NCBI RefSeq assembly: GCF_009834535.1
Contig: NC_045697.1
Location: forward strand, 68,698,001 to 68,762,000
DNA length: 64,000 nucleotides
Direction of reading: 5' to 3'
DNA from: Camelus ferus
Taxonomy: Eukaryota
Of the stretch, positions 1 to 12,075 are shown one piece after another. The notes under the pieces are model-generated. The model searched no databases. It saw only the letters and a program-made list of their open reading frames with translations, and was not told the origin of the DNA. Position 1 is the stretch's first letter; the number at the start of each line of letters is the position of its first letter. The position numbers and the translations under genes were made by a program.

Positions 1-1330
1 ACCTAACTCTATTTAAAATGAACAACACAGCCATACTAAAAGAGAAAAAAAGTATCCACTGTGTTTGAACATAGTACAAAGAAAATTCGGTACAAAGAAA
101 AAGGAAACTACAAACTAATCTTGAACTCTTTCGGAAGGTTTGTTCGGCAGGTATGGGTACAGCAATTCTGAAACTATGCATGGTACAGTTGAGCAAATGC
201 ATAAATGTGCTAGTGTGGCCCTCAGAATGGAAGAAGTAAGTAATGAATGTGCAATGAAGAAAAACAAGGAAGAACTCTGTGGCATGTGACTGAAATCAGA
301 GGCAAGTATGAACTTAAATAACTAACTAACACACACACACACTCTCTCCCCCTCTCCCTCTCTCCTGAAAGGGCTACAAACCACATCATAACAGCAATGA
401 GCACATCTAGTACCCAGATACTGATTTCTAAACACCATAACTTACTAAAGGAAACTGGCTCCTTGGAAAAGTGGTTGAGTCCAGCACTTGACCAGGGAAT
501 GTACACAATGGTTCTGTGATATTTTCCTATACCAGAAATGAAATGCCCAGAAAGTGCGAAAATAAACGATGGGGGAAGGCATGGCAAAAGATCCTAGGAG
601 CAGTTTGAAGGGGCTAGCACTGGCCAAATCTGAATGAGCATCAGAAATAATTTTTGAAGTAATGGGTTAGAATCAAGTGAATGTAATAGAGATCTATCAG
701 TAATAACGATCATAAATACACAGGCAGATAAATTAACAAATAAAGAGGAATGGGGGGGTTCTTCTTTTACAATAAATAGTTTACTGATAAATATGGACTG
801 AGTGTCAGAGTTAGAAAAATCCCTGTTTGGTAACCACTATAGTAAAAATTGGTTTGGGCAAGAATCATCAATTGATGCTAAATACAGGTAGAGAAAGGAT
901 GATGAGAAACAGAATATTTATTTAATCTCAAAGTATCTCCCTATACTACTTATTAATTATAAAAAAGAATCATAGTATCTATACAGTAGATAAAATGGAC
1001 AAAACCTTAACCAAATGACCTTACCAATAAGGGACCAACAGGCACCCTGTGCCTCTAAATGTGATACCCTCAAGAATACACATATCACATACGTAGCGTT
1101 CCAACCATAAATGCATAATCTGAACCTCATCATGAAGAAACCCCAGAGAAACCAAAAATGAGAAAAAATCCCTCAACTTCTCAAAAAACATCACCATACT
1201 GAAAGACAAAGCCTATGTCAGTTTAAGGAAGACTGAAGACACATGACAACTAAATGCCAAGCACGATCTTGGATTGGATTCTGTAGCTCCCAAAAGTGGT
1301 ATAAAGAAATGAATTTCTGGGATGATAGAA
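1..1330 (+). mobile_element. Ancient LINE-1 3' UTR fragment (L1MC3/L1MC4-like)
   Basis: Segments such as ctgatttctaaacacc...ggctccttggaaaagtggttga and gacacatgacaactaaatgc...gatcttggattggattctg resemble L1MC 3' UTR consensus; truncated by the window edge. Confidence 0.7.
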
Positions 1331-1886
1331 TATATTTGAAATGTAATTAAAACAATTTAAATTACTTTTATAATTTTGTTACCAAAAACATTAGTATAGT
1401 ATATTGAAAGTTTGACATAGTAATGCAGGGACCATAATTTCTTACTGATATTAGCTGTGGGTTAGTTTCGTTACTGTACACATGTGAAAATAAATGATAG
1501 CTTTCAACTGAATCTGATGGAAGAGGAAGTATCTTCTGCAACCTGTGTGTATGATGTTGCCCCCAAGTTATCACATGATTTTAACTGACCAAGATGTACA
1601 CCTGTGTTCTCTTTAATTTCTGGACCTGACCATTTGCTCCACAATGGTGAGGCAAATTAAGAGAAATAATCCCTCAAACTGAGTTTGTGCACTGCTTAAA
1701 TACAATGCTTCCTAAAGAATTTTAAGACTAGCATCAGATTGTTGCCCTTAATTATGTATTTTATTTCTAATCTTTTTGCATGTGTTTGCTTTTTTACACT
1801 CACCTGTCATCATTTTAGTTTTCATTCAATGCACATTTTCAGAATGGCCTAGGAGTCTAATGGCAGGAGGGCTTCTAGAGGGTATA

Positions 1887-2019
1887 ATCTATTTTCTTGG
1901 GGGGGGGGGGGCGGTATTTAAGTTTGCATATTTGGTTTTCGAGGGGATACTGGGGATTGAACCCAGGACCTTGTGTATGCTAAGCAGGCGCTCTACCACT
2001 TGAGCTACACCCTCCCTAC
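1887..2019 (-). mobile_element. tRNA-Ala-derived SINE (camelid Vic-1-like)
   Basis: Minus strand reads ggagggtgTAGCTCAAGTGGtagagcgcctgcttagcatacacaaggtcctgGGTTCAATCCccagt (A and B boxes), then an A-rich and C-run tail; exact 13 bp TSD tctagagggtata at 1874-1886 and 2020-2032. Confidence 0.9.
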
Positions 2020-3617
2020 TCTAGAGGGTATATTATATAGCAAACACCTGCACTTTCAAGGCTCAGCCATTTGGTTATTCTTTTGATTTTTTCCATCAGA
2101 CTGTTGCCTCTGCTAGTAACCACTGCTTGTTAGTCATTACTGTTATCCTGTATTTGGTAATTTTTTTTTCAAGTAATAGCTTGAAAATGTTTTTTTCTTA
2201 CATGCAATAGTTGTTATTATATCTTGATTGAACATCTTGCATAACAGTTTCCAAAATCTTTTAAGTCAAGACAGAATTTCAAAATATGAAGCATATTATA
2301 AATTATATTTTATATGTTTACTTCTATTTGGAAATTAATCTTTGGATATTAACATAAAGGCAAATGTCATGCCTTGTTTGTGCTAATGATAATGTGCTTT
2401 GGAACTCTGCACGTTCCTATGACTACCAGTCAAGGCAAGTTCAAGGATGTCAAAAATGATTTTGAAGTAAGCAGTTGCCCATTCTACCTTCCAAAATCTG
2501 AAACCTGAAGTTGAAGCTGAATTGCAGGTTTTGGCTAGATATCAAAACAGAATCCAAACTTCCATTCATTTCTAGTTTGCATGAAAGTTTTCAGAAATAT
2601 GCTTTAAACAAATGTGGGAAATGAGAAAGCGTAGTTATTGTTAGAGATAGTAATTGTTCATAAATTTTAACTACTGTTAATCAAATTCATATGTAAATAA
2701 ATTTAAAATGAGTTCAATGATATTTTAACAAGTTTTATCCCTATGAGCGTTAAGTATTTGATCTTTAACACTATAAAAATCCTCAGGGTAATCTGTAGTT
2801 GTTAAGACAAAAGCCGAGTTTATCTCCCCTCTGCAGTGGTTTAATGAAAATGCCTCAGACATTTGCAGAGCCTAAGTACAATGTGAGATCTCAGTCTTCT
2901 GTATGTGGGTAATTTTTAATTTTCTTCTTTACTTTGAGTTTCTGAATTCCTTCTATTTCTATAATTCTGCCTAATTTCTATACCAAATTGCTTTCATAAT
3001 TGGAAAAAACCCACCCACACATATTATATAAAAATATTTTGATGAAATAAAAAGTGTTCTATATATTTTGAAATAAAAACAGTAGCTAATATAATTGTTA
3101 AAATATGCTCTAGAACTCAAGCGCATACTCATTCACTCAAATTCACCCAAGTAATCACTACACCGATATTGGTAATCGCATCAGATACTTGAAGTTAAAT
3201 AAAACATGAGATAGCGTTAAATCAGGATAGGAGAACCTGAAGAGGAAGGGAGGAAAAAGTCAGAGTGCTGTTGTGAAGGCTACATGGCAGAAACAAGGCT
3301 TTACTGTGTATTTATTAATACCATCAGGATTATTTTATAATCAAAATTTAAAGAAAAAGATTAAAATACAAATGAAAAGATCTAAACTTTCAGTTAACTG
3401 AAGTTTTTCTGCATTCTAATATTAGGAGAAAAAGGCAATTTAAAACAACTTTTAAGAATATATAAGTAAGTGATTAATTAATGTTTACAATGTCCTCAGT
3501 ATCACCTGCATTCATTCATAGTCATTGTTTTCTTCATCTACCAGAAGCACAGATTAAGCAGAAGCTGTATGGCACCACAAGCCCAGCCAACTGTGTTTTA
3601 GCTTCAGCGCTAACAAG

Positions 3618-4127
3618 TGATGGGCAACAGACTCTGCCACCCCAAAATATGCCAGTTTGGCATAAGGATCATTTGAGGCCAAAGGCACTTGGGAAATAAC
3701 AGATGCAAGAAGGGCACCCTGATCTCCTCTATTCTTCCTGAAAGCGAGAGATAAAGCTCCCAGGGAAAAAATGTCCTCCCTAAACCAGGAAGAAAAAAAA
3801 AACAAAACATTTTTGTCACAAAGATGCGGAGTTAAGGCCAAGAGAAAGCTGTATAAACAAATTTTGTTAAAATAGCCCTTCTTTAGTCTTCCCTGTATAT
3901 TTGAGTTACTTTTTCACAATTATTGCTCTTAGTTCAACATAGTATAAAATCACTTAGGCCTAGCTGTTTTGGGGTCTTCATTTTCCTGTGCAGATTCCCA
4001 CCTACATGTGAAAATATTAAATAAAATTTGTATACAATTCCTCTGTTAATCTGTCACATGTAAACTTAACTCTCGGGCCTAGCAAGAAATCCTAAGAGGA
4101 TAAAGGAGAAGTTTTGCCTACCTTACA
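3618..4127 (+). mobile_element. Solo ERV1 LTR (MER34-like)
   Basis: TG...CA ends; start gccaccccaaaatatgccagtttggcataaggat and end aataaaatttgtatac...ctgttaatctgtc...ccttaca resemble MER34-group LTRs; flanks caag/aaag resemble a 4 bp TSD. Confidence 0.75.
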
Positions 4128-4225
4128 AAAGTAAAAAATATTTTGAACTTGTCAAACGTCTTTAACATCACTGGGCCTCATTTTTTCTCATCAACAAAAG
4201 AAGTTAGAATTAAACCAGCATTTCC

Positions 4226-4625
4226 CAAATTACTACAAATTTAGAGGCTGGTAACACAATTTATTCTATAGTTCTATGGGTCTGAAGTCCAACATAGATC
4301 TCCCTGAGCAAAAATTAAGGTGTCAGCATGGATGTGTTCATTTCTGGAGGCTCCAGGGAAAAATCTGTTTCCTTGTGTTTTCCAGCTTCTGCAAGCTGCC
4401 TGTATCCATCCCTTGGCTCATGCCCCACCTTCCTTCATCTTCAAAGCCATCAATGGCTTTTAAAAAGTCATTTGATTATTCTGGGTCTACACAGATAATA
4501 CAGAATAATCTCCTCACCTCAAGGCCTTTAATTTAACCTTAATTAGGTTGCCATGTAAGGTAAAATACTTAACAATTTCTGGGGATTAGGACATGGACAT
4601 GAGGGGCCACTGTTCTGCCTACACA
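4226..4625 (-). mobile_element. MaLR LTR (MLT1C/D-like)
   Basis: tttctggaggctccagggaaaaatctgtttccttg...gccatgtaaggtaa...ggggattaggacatggacat...ttctgcctacaca matches the reverse of an MLT1 LTR. Confidence 0.8.
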
Positions 4626-7600
4626 TAATATTTCATGTGACTACAGTTTAAGGACATGATTTCTGATTGCTGAGAACAAAAAATTATGCAGCCAAATAAG
4701 CTTGTGAAATCCTATATTAAAAGACGTCACTTTTGGGGAGTCAAAGTATAGATTATTACTTTAAGAACTCTAAAAGTCTTTAAAAATGTTTGTCTAATAA
4801 TTATATATTTTCACACCTTTGGGAAGTTTTTCTCTTAACACTAGTTGTAAAATGCTTAAATAAAATATCTTAATTGTTTCAGCAAAAATAGTCTATGATA
4901 TGTGAACTAAAAATAATCATGAATATTCAAACTCATGATCCAAAGGATGTTAAAAGTCCTCAAAAAAAAGGGGGGCATAACACATGTACAACTACAGGTA
5001 TGTGCCCATTTTGTAAGAATCCTTTAGAATTACTGATTGAAAGACCATGGAAACATCATACATCTTGTTAGATTTATTTCTCAAGTTAGTCGTCAAAGAA
5101 AGGGAATTCAAAGCAAGCAATGTAACGTTACTTGGCAAGGCATTTCCTCAGTCTCTATTCTCTTAATAAGCTCAAAGTTGCTTAGTTAACTTGTCTAACA
5201 AGACAAGAACCTGAAAGGCAAGAGATTAGCCACTCCCTCAAAAGCCATTTTTATAAGCAAAACCTCAGACTCTTCTGGTATATGAATCAAACTCATCAGA
5301 AAAGCCACATCCTCATCTGTGCACCCATATCTCAGCCTTCAGTTTTCGTACATAATAAAAAGCCTCTGTAAACTTCTCTGTAATTTTCAATAGAGGTTAA
5401 AGTAAAAAACTGAAGTTTCTGAATCAGAAACTCTAATAATGAGAGCAGCCCTCCTTCCTATAGCAATACAAAATTGAACATGCCTATGTTAAGCACCTAA
5501 CTATTTAGGTACTTGGTTCATAACTATGGCACAGTCATGGCCTCCACTGTCCAGGAACTAAAAATTAAACACCTAGGGAGACAGAAGTTGTTAAGATATA
5601 AGAATTTATAAGTTTCCTATTCATTTATCATCAAATGAACAATATCTCTGTAATCAAAGAAATAAAATACCCATCTGTTTCCAACCAAAAATTCAAGATT
5701 AAGTGAGAAAAGGAGAGAATATCTACAATAAATAATCACTATGTAACCTTCAAACTGCACCTGTCTTCTAGGCAAAAAAAGAAATCTACTTCTGCAAATA
5801 AATTGATAGTAATGATCATTAGTTATAGCTATGAAATGATATCCAACATTGATTTCTTATTCATAGAGAAGTACATTTCAATATACTCAAGAGTTTCATA
5901 CTACACACATACTCACACATACACATAACACTCAGAAAATACAAAACATTGCCTGTGTGAGTTAAAGCATTATTTTCATGCACTATCTTAATCAGGAAAA
6001 CAGAAAAAAATACCAACTAATATATTTTTTCTTTTAGGTATTAATATATGGCTCTTGAAAATTCAAAGTAAAATATTATAATTGGAGGCAAAATATGTTC
6101 AGTCCTCATCCTTTAAAAAAGATTTAATCCTAGGCTTTAAAATATGCCAAATAGGAGCTTGGCAGTAAATAAAATGTGTACCTTCTCCTTTCTCTGAAAG
6201 ATTTTTGTGCTGCTAAATTTATTACTTCATTTTATGAGCTCCACTTTTACTTAAACTCTATTTTAAAGCAATCACAAGTTTAAGAAGGAATTAGAATTGA
6301 CTATTTCTGGGAAAACTTCAAAATCATGGCTTTTTCATTTCCTAAGAGGGAGGCTGAGACTTAACTGTTCCTACCTTTATAGGAGAAAAAACCTTTTAAT
6401 TTTCTTCAACACATTCATTTACTTGTATAGATCACTCTTTACACTTTCAAGTGCACCACACTAAGATGATCTATAGTCATTAAGCTCACGCTTTGGGGTT
6501 CAGTAATGGAGGTTGATTTTTTCTCATTTAATCAGATTTACACAATTTTGCAAACTAATTGGAGTAAACTACCTAATTAAAAAAATATATTTTATAATTT
6601 ACCAAATCTCTTATTGAAACCACTATTCCCCATATGCCATTGTAGATTTATACATATGCAGCAAGCAAAATTGAGTATTATATGTGAATACTGTATTTAA
6701 TCATCAATTATAAACCTACAGTCAGTTGGACTGGTCAAGTAGATATTGTGAAAGAAAGTTTGGACTGACTGCATATTTACTATCTTTATCACTATAGTAA
6801 GTTTATTAACTTTTTCAGTGGGTATTCAGTACATTAGAATAAACTACACAAATAGCTAAAGTCAAAATAGTACTGTTTCACATAGCAAATTATTACCCCA
6901 TAAGAATTATGCAACTGTTCAGTAGTAGGCAAATGTAGACACTCATTACCTGCGCCTAGTCTGCAATCAAGTCACAAGATAGTACTCACTCACTCATTTT
7001 AGAGGACACCCTATCAGAATCTTCACAAGATATACACATGTAATGTAGATAGTACAAGCTATGATTACCTAAAATAATCACCGAGTTATCATTAATATAA
7101 TCACCAGCACAGAACAAGCTATAAAGATTACCTGATAGACTATTACTTAGAATAGATATTGTGCACCTATCCACAGGTGAAATTTATAACATTCTACCTA
7201 TTTACTTGACAGTTTAGGAAGGACCAATCACTGATAGTTTTCTACATAAGTAACTAGAAGCCATGATAAAAATTTCTGTCTTTCTCTGTGCATGTTCCTT
7301 TGTTTCTCTCTGTCTCTCTGTTTCTGTCTGTCTGTCTCTCTCATACACACACACACACATAAACAGTCATTTGAATTCCTTAAGAAATTCCATTTTAGAT
7401 ATTAATCAAGGGTAAGTGCTTCCAGGTAAGTACAAACTATCTTAGGTAACAAGGAGTCTATTAATAGAAACCTGCTTATACTAGGTAAATATTTAAGTAT
7501 AAGAAAACGATAATTTGATGGGGATTGAGTCAGTTAACAGATACTTTATTCTCACTACTTCTTCAGATATGTTGATGAATGGGTCCAATTCATTATGTGA

Positions 7601-7764
7601 AAAATTACTGGACTTTCATGGAGATACGATTATTTCAAACAAACATCAAAGATCCTTTTCATGCCTATGTTGTAAAGATACGCTTTTCTTAGCATTTTCC
7701 TCTGAGTAAATATCATTGTCATTTTTATTTTTTGTGTGCATTTGCTATTATCTTTAGCACTTTT

Positions 7765-8240
7765 GCTTTATTGGGATATAACTGTCATATAAATTGGGTA
7801 ACTGTAAATGTACAACACGTTGACTTGGTACAATTATACATTTCAAAATAATTACCACCATACTGTTTACTAACACCCCCATCAAGTCATAATTACCATT
7901 TCTTTTCGGTGGTGAGAGCATTTAAGATCTATTCTCAGCAACTTGCATGTTTATAATAGAGTATTATTAACTACAATCACCATGCTATACATTAGATCCC
8001 CATAACATCTTTGTCTTAATACTAGAAGTTGTGCCCTTTGATGGATAATTCCTCCATTTTCCCTACCCTCCAGTTCCAGCAAAGAGCAAAAGCTTTCACC
8101 CTTTCACCAATGAGCCTGATGTTAACTATCAGCTTGTCACATATGGCCTTTAGTATGTAGCAGGATGTTCCTTCCAATTCGAATTTTTTGGGCATTTCTA
8201 TCATGACAGGATGTTTTATTTTGTCAAATGCTTTTTTTTT
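7765..8240 (-). mobile_element. LINE-1 fragment (L1MA9/10-like 3' UTR joined directly to an ORF2 RT segment)
   Basis: Reverse L1 3' end 7765-8080, followed by ORF2 RT-region sequence (ORF 8022..8204 contains ILKAICDKLIVNIRLIGERVKAF, like L1 IIKAIYDKPTANIILNGEKLKAF). Confidence 0.8.
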
Positions 8241-8384
8241 TCATATCAGAAGAAATGCAATTATAAGCTGTTTTGATTAAAAATTGCTAATGATTAAAAG
8301 TTAAGCTTCTCTCATTCTTCATTTTATTTTGTTATTTTGGGTATGATTGCAATGGTGGTTAATTTTTTACTTTTATACTCTGTA

Positions 8385-8550
8385 GCTCTGCTATCCAACA
8401 GAACAGACACTAGCCATATGTAGCTATTTGTTTAAAATTAAATAAAATTCATTTCCTCGGTGGTCACCCTATCTACACTTTAATTGCTCAATTAACAGAT
8501 ATTATGGAACATTTTCATTATCTAAGAGAATTCTTTTGAGCAGAGCTGCT
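8385..8550 (-). mobile_element. hAT MITE (MER3-like)
   Basis: ctgctatccaaca...cactagccatatgtagctatt...aaaattcatttcctcgg...gaacattttcattatc...ttcttttgagcagagctg. Confidence 0.6.
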
Positions 8551-9070
8551 CTAGAAGTACAACAAAGAGTGAAAAGATCATGAGGTTGGGCAATCAGCAT
8601 TCCTCAGGGCTTTAGCCAACATTCAAACCCAGGCCTGTCTCCAGAGTCTGCATTTCCCACTGCAGCAGGTATTTGGCAACCAGTATTACCAACTGGCCAA
8701 AGATACTCTGGTCAACAATACCATTTCAGCAAAATTTATGCATATGTAACAGCCACTAACAGTTATATACAATTTTGACACAACTCACTGTTACAGATAA
8801 CACTATAGGAAAATTTTAAAAGAAAATCAGGGAAAAGAAACATAGATTAATTTATACTTAACTAATAAAAATGATAGTTCCATGTGTCTGGATTCAACCT
8901 ACTTTCAAAAATAATTTGGAATTAATTATACTATGAAATCTAAATATCTAGCATCTTATCAAAATATTGGAACTTAACTCATCAATTGTTTTTTAAATTT
9001 AATTTTGTAGTTCATTAAGTGAAAAATGATTATTGTAACATTATGAAAGAAATGTTTCCAAAGAAAGGGG

Positions 9071-9404
9071 GTTATCATAGTCAATTTGGACTGCTATAAC
9101 AAAAATATCGTATTTTGGGTTGCTTAAACAACAAATATTAATTTCTCATAGTTCTGGAGGCTAGGAAGTCTAAGATCAAGGTGCTGGCCTCTTGGTTCCA
9201 GGTAAGAGTCCTCCTCCTGTTTCTCAGAGGGACATCTTGCTGCATCCTCACATCCTCTTCTGAAAAGGGCACTGATCCCATCTGTAATGGGTCTACTCTC
9301 ATTACCTAGTTACCTCCCAAAGTTCGTATCTCCAAATACCACCAAATTAGGGATTAGGGTTTGAACATACGAATATTATGAGGATACAAACATTGTTTAT
9401 AGCA
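9071..9404 (-). mobile_element. MaLR LTR (MLT1A-like)
   Basis: ctgctataacaaaaat...gttctggaggctaggaagtctaagatcaaggtgctggc...ccaaataccacc...gggattagggtttgaacatacgaat. Confidence 0.85.
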
Positions 9405-9642
9405 AGAAAGGACAACTGTGTGCCCTGAAACCAGATCCTTGCAATTCTTTTAAAAATAGTTCCAATGTGCTTTAAAAAAAAAAAATCAGAAATGGGATTA
9501 TTTTCTAAAATGGGAAGATTCTGAAGAAGCCAGAGTTCTAAAAATTTGTACTGTAGTTGATCTGATCTGAAATTCTTCACATAATCTTTCCAGCCCAGCC
9601 ATGAGTCCCTGTTCCCTAGATCTAGCTACACTAGGAATCTTT

Positions 9643-9981
9643 TGTTGACCTAAAATAAACAGACCTCTAGATATTTCTCAAGCAAAGATGGGTTTACTTG
9701 GGATCAGAAGAGAATTAAAATTCAGTGTCTGTAATCATGGTAAGCCACATGCAAGAATCCACACAGCAAGGGAAGGAGAACACTTTAATAAAAAGGAAAA
9801 GGAAGTTGGGAGGGCTACAGTAAACAAAGAATCCGTGGCTTTCCATTGGCTGAGCCCTCACCAGGAAAGATGAATCTTCCTTCTCTCTGTTGGGCTCTGC
9901 TATGTTGCAAGGTATGAGAGTTCCCCCTTCTAGTCTCCCAACTCTATTTAATTGAGGTTTGTGTTTACTAATTTTTTTACA
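9643..9981 (-). repeat. Proviral 3' LTR
   Basis: Minus strand tgtaaaaaaatt...ggtcaaca; preceded by PPT aaaggggaaaa (plus 9982-9992); contains CCAAT (cagccaatgg) and a variant poly(A) signal AGTAAA at 9693-9698. Confidence 0.9.
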
Positions 9982-10394
9982 TTTTCCCCTTTTAATCAAG
10001 ATCTTTCTCTGAAAGCATCACTGATCAAGAGTCAGATTTTTTAATTTCAGTGGCTTTTTTTCCCTCAATGGCAGGAAGTATCTTTCCTGGGTGTAGTGTC
10101 TCACATCAGAGGAAAAGTACACAGATTGAAAACCTGTTAAGGTCACATTTGGGTAACAAGGAGGGGTAGGAGGGAGAATTCTCAGGCATGTTTTATATAA
10201 AGTCCATATGTTATCAAGATAATAGTCATTACAGATCATCTGAAGCATTATGTCATCATCCAAGGTTTGGAGACAAACTGCCAATAGGCCTGGTCCAGGT
10301 ATCTTGGGAAAGCTGTCTCATCAGATATCATCTGCTTCAATTCTGGAAAATGTTTACTTTCATGTCACCAGATGATGTGTAGTTCCAGTCAGGG

Positions 10395-11330
10395 TTTGGT
10401 GTGTTCTATAGGTGTGTCATGTAAATCCAAGAGTCTAGTTCCTGAAGTTTGGCAGCAAAAGTTTTGGTTAGTGGTACCTGATAAGGACCTCTCCAGTGAG
10501 ACTGAAAACAGTTCTTCTGGAGGTGTCTTTTCCAACACACACAAGTCTCCAGATTGTAAGATGTGATGCTTAAGGTCTTCTTCTCCCAAGGGTGCACTCT
10601 GAAAAGATTGCTCTACCAAAGCATGATTATTTTTAACAGAAGCAATTGGGCTCTTGCAATATTGGAGTATCTCTCCGTCTTTTAGTTGTAAATCAAAGGA
10701 AGCAGAAGCCACATACATTAAGCATCCTGTGACTATTTCAAAGAGTCAAAGTTTATGAGCTCCAAAAAGAATGGGTCTCAGATTTAGAAGGACCAATGAC
10801 AATGCTTTTGGCCAAGGTACTTGGAGGAATTCTACAGATTTTGCCAACTGAGTCTTTTTTTTTTAATTGAAGTATAGTCAGTTATAATGTGTCAATTTCT
10901 GTACAGCATAATGTCCCAGTCATGCATATATATATACATATATTCACTTCCATGTTCTTTTTCATTAAAGGTTATTACAAGATATTGAATACAGTCCAGT
11001 GTGCTCTACAGAAGAAATTTGTTTTTTTTAAATCCACTTTTATATATAGTGGTTAACATTGGCAAATCTCAAACTCCCAGCTTTTTCCCTTCCCATAAGT
11101 GCATTTGACTAAACCAGAGGATTGAAGGTCTGATAAGCACAATGAAAGTGGTGTAAAACCAGCCAAACAGCACAGACCTGCTGAAACACCTGAAGGCTAT
11201 CATTTTGACTACAGACCAAAGGCTTAACATATGTGCAGAGGTGAGAAATAGGAATTTTAGTTTCCAGTAGAATTGGGTTGTTATTTGGTCAAAACCAAGG
11301 CTTTCTCTTTTTATCAAACCAATTGTTGAA
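10395..11330 (-). pseudogene. pol: ERV integrase remnant
   Basis: Fragments FLTSAHMLSLWSVVKMIAF (zinc-finger start), QVCAVWLVLHHFHCAY, QSSGLVKCT, KTQLAKSVEFLQVPWPKALSLVLLNLR and WRGPYQVPLTKTFAAKLQELDSWIYMTHL (GPY/F module); frameshifts, a deletion and an L1 insertion. Confidence 0.85.
10855..11095 (-). mobile_element. Young 5'-truncated L1 3' end inserted in the ERV integrase
   Basis: Poly-T, then aattgaagtatagtcagtt...ttattacaagatattgaatacagtccagtgtgctctacag...aaactcccag, an artiodactyl-type L1 3' UTR in reverse. Confidence 0.85.
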
Positions 11331-11399
11331 TTTCCAATCTTGTTTCACCTTTTCTGAGGTCAACTGTTAGGCTTCTCTAGAGAGCTTTTCTAAATTATC

Positions 11400-12075
11400 A
11401 TTTGTATCCTTTGTATCACGACAAAGGTTTGGCTGCTGTTGTCCCTTTACAAGCAACATTCCTTTTTGACATGTCAGCAAGGTTATTTCCCCTAGCTTCC
11501 AGAGAGTCAAATTTACAATGCCCCAGAATCTTAATAATAGCAAAATTGACAGGCAAAAAAAGTATTGCATCCAATAATTCCTGCACATAGGGGCCATTTA
11601 AAATTTTATTTCCACTGGAAGTAGGGAAGCCATGTTGCTTCCACAGCATTCCAAAATCATGAACATCAGCCACTGTGAAAGCACATCTACTATCAGTATA
11701 AATCATGGCAGTTCTGTCCTTGGCTAAAGTACAAGCCCATGTCAGAGAGTAAAATTCAGCCTGTTAGGCTGAAGTAGCCATAAGTAAAGATGCTGCCTCA
11801 ATGACATCAAAAGGGGTTGTAACAGCATACCCAGCACAATATTTGCCATTGTCATCTTTTAAATAAAAATCATCAATGAACCATGAGAAGTTAACGTTAA
11901 CCAGTGGAATTTCTTGCAGATCATTATGAGAAGTCAGGAGATGGTCCATCAGTGTTAGAGAGTTGTGAGGGACTTCACTGATGATGGAGGGGAAAACAGG
12001 ATTAAGGTTCTTATAATGTAAGAGATTAAGGTTCTTACAATGTAAGAGAGTTATGCGAGGAGCAGTTAACAAAAG
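11400..12075 (-). pseudogene. pol: ERV RT connection and RNase H remnant
   Basis: ORF pieces FSWFIDDFYLKDDNGKYCAGYAVTT and IYTDSRCAF...HDFGMLWKQHGFPTSSG...ELLDAIL...ILGHCKFDSLEARGNNLAD. Confidence 0.9.

Noticed and set aside
1943..2016. tRNA-Ala(AGC)-like sequence
   Set aside because: It has a SINE tail and a TSD, and its stems pair poorly; it is a SINE head, not a tRNA gene
6950..7068. Minus-strand exon-like segment (ttattttag ... CAG|gtaatg)
   Set aside because: Stops in all frames and a weak pyrimidine tract; no further support
10018..10284. 88 aa ORF between integrase and the 3' LTR as a possible env or accessory gene
   Set aside because: No signal peptide, furin site, immunosuppressive domain, CX6CC or transmembrane segment, and too short
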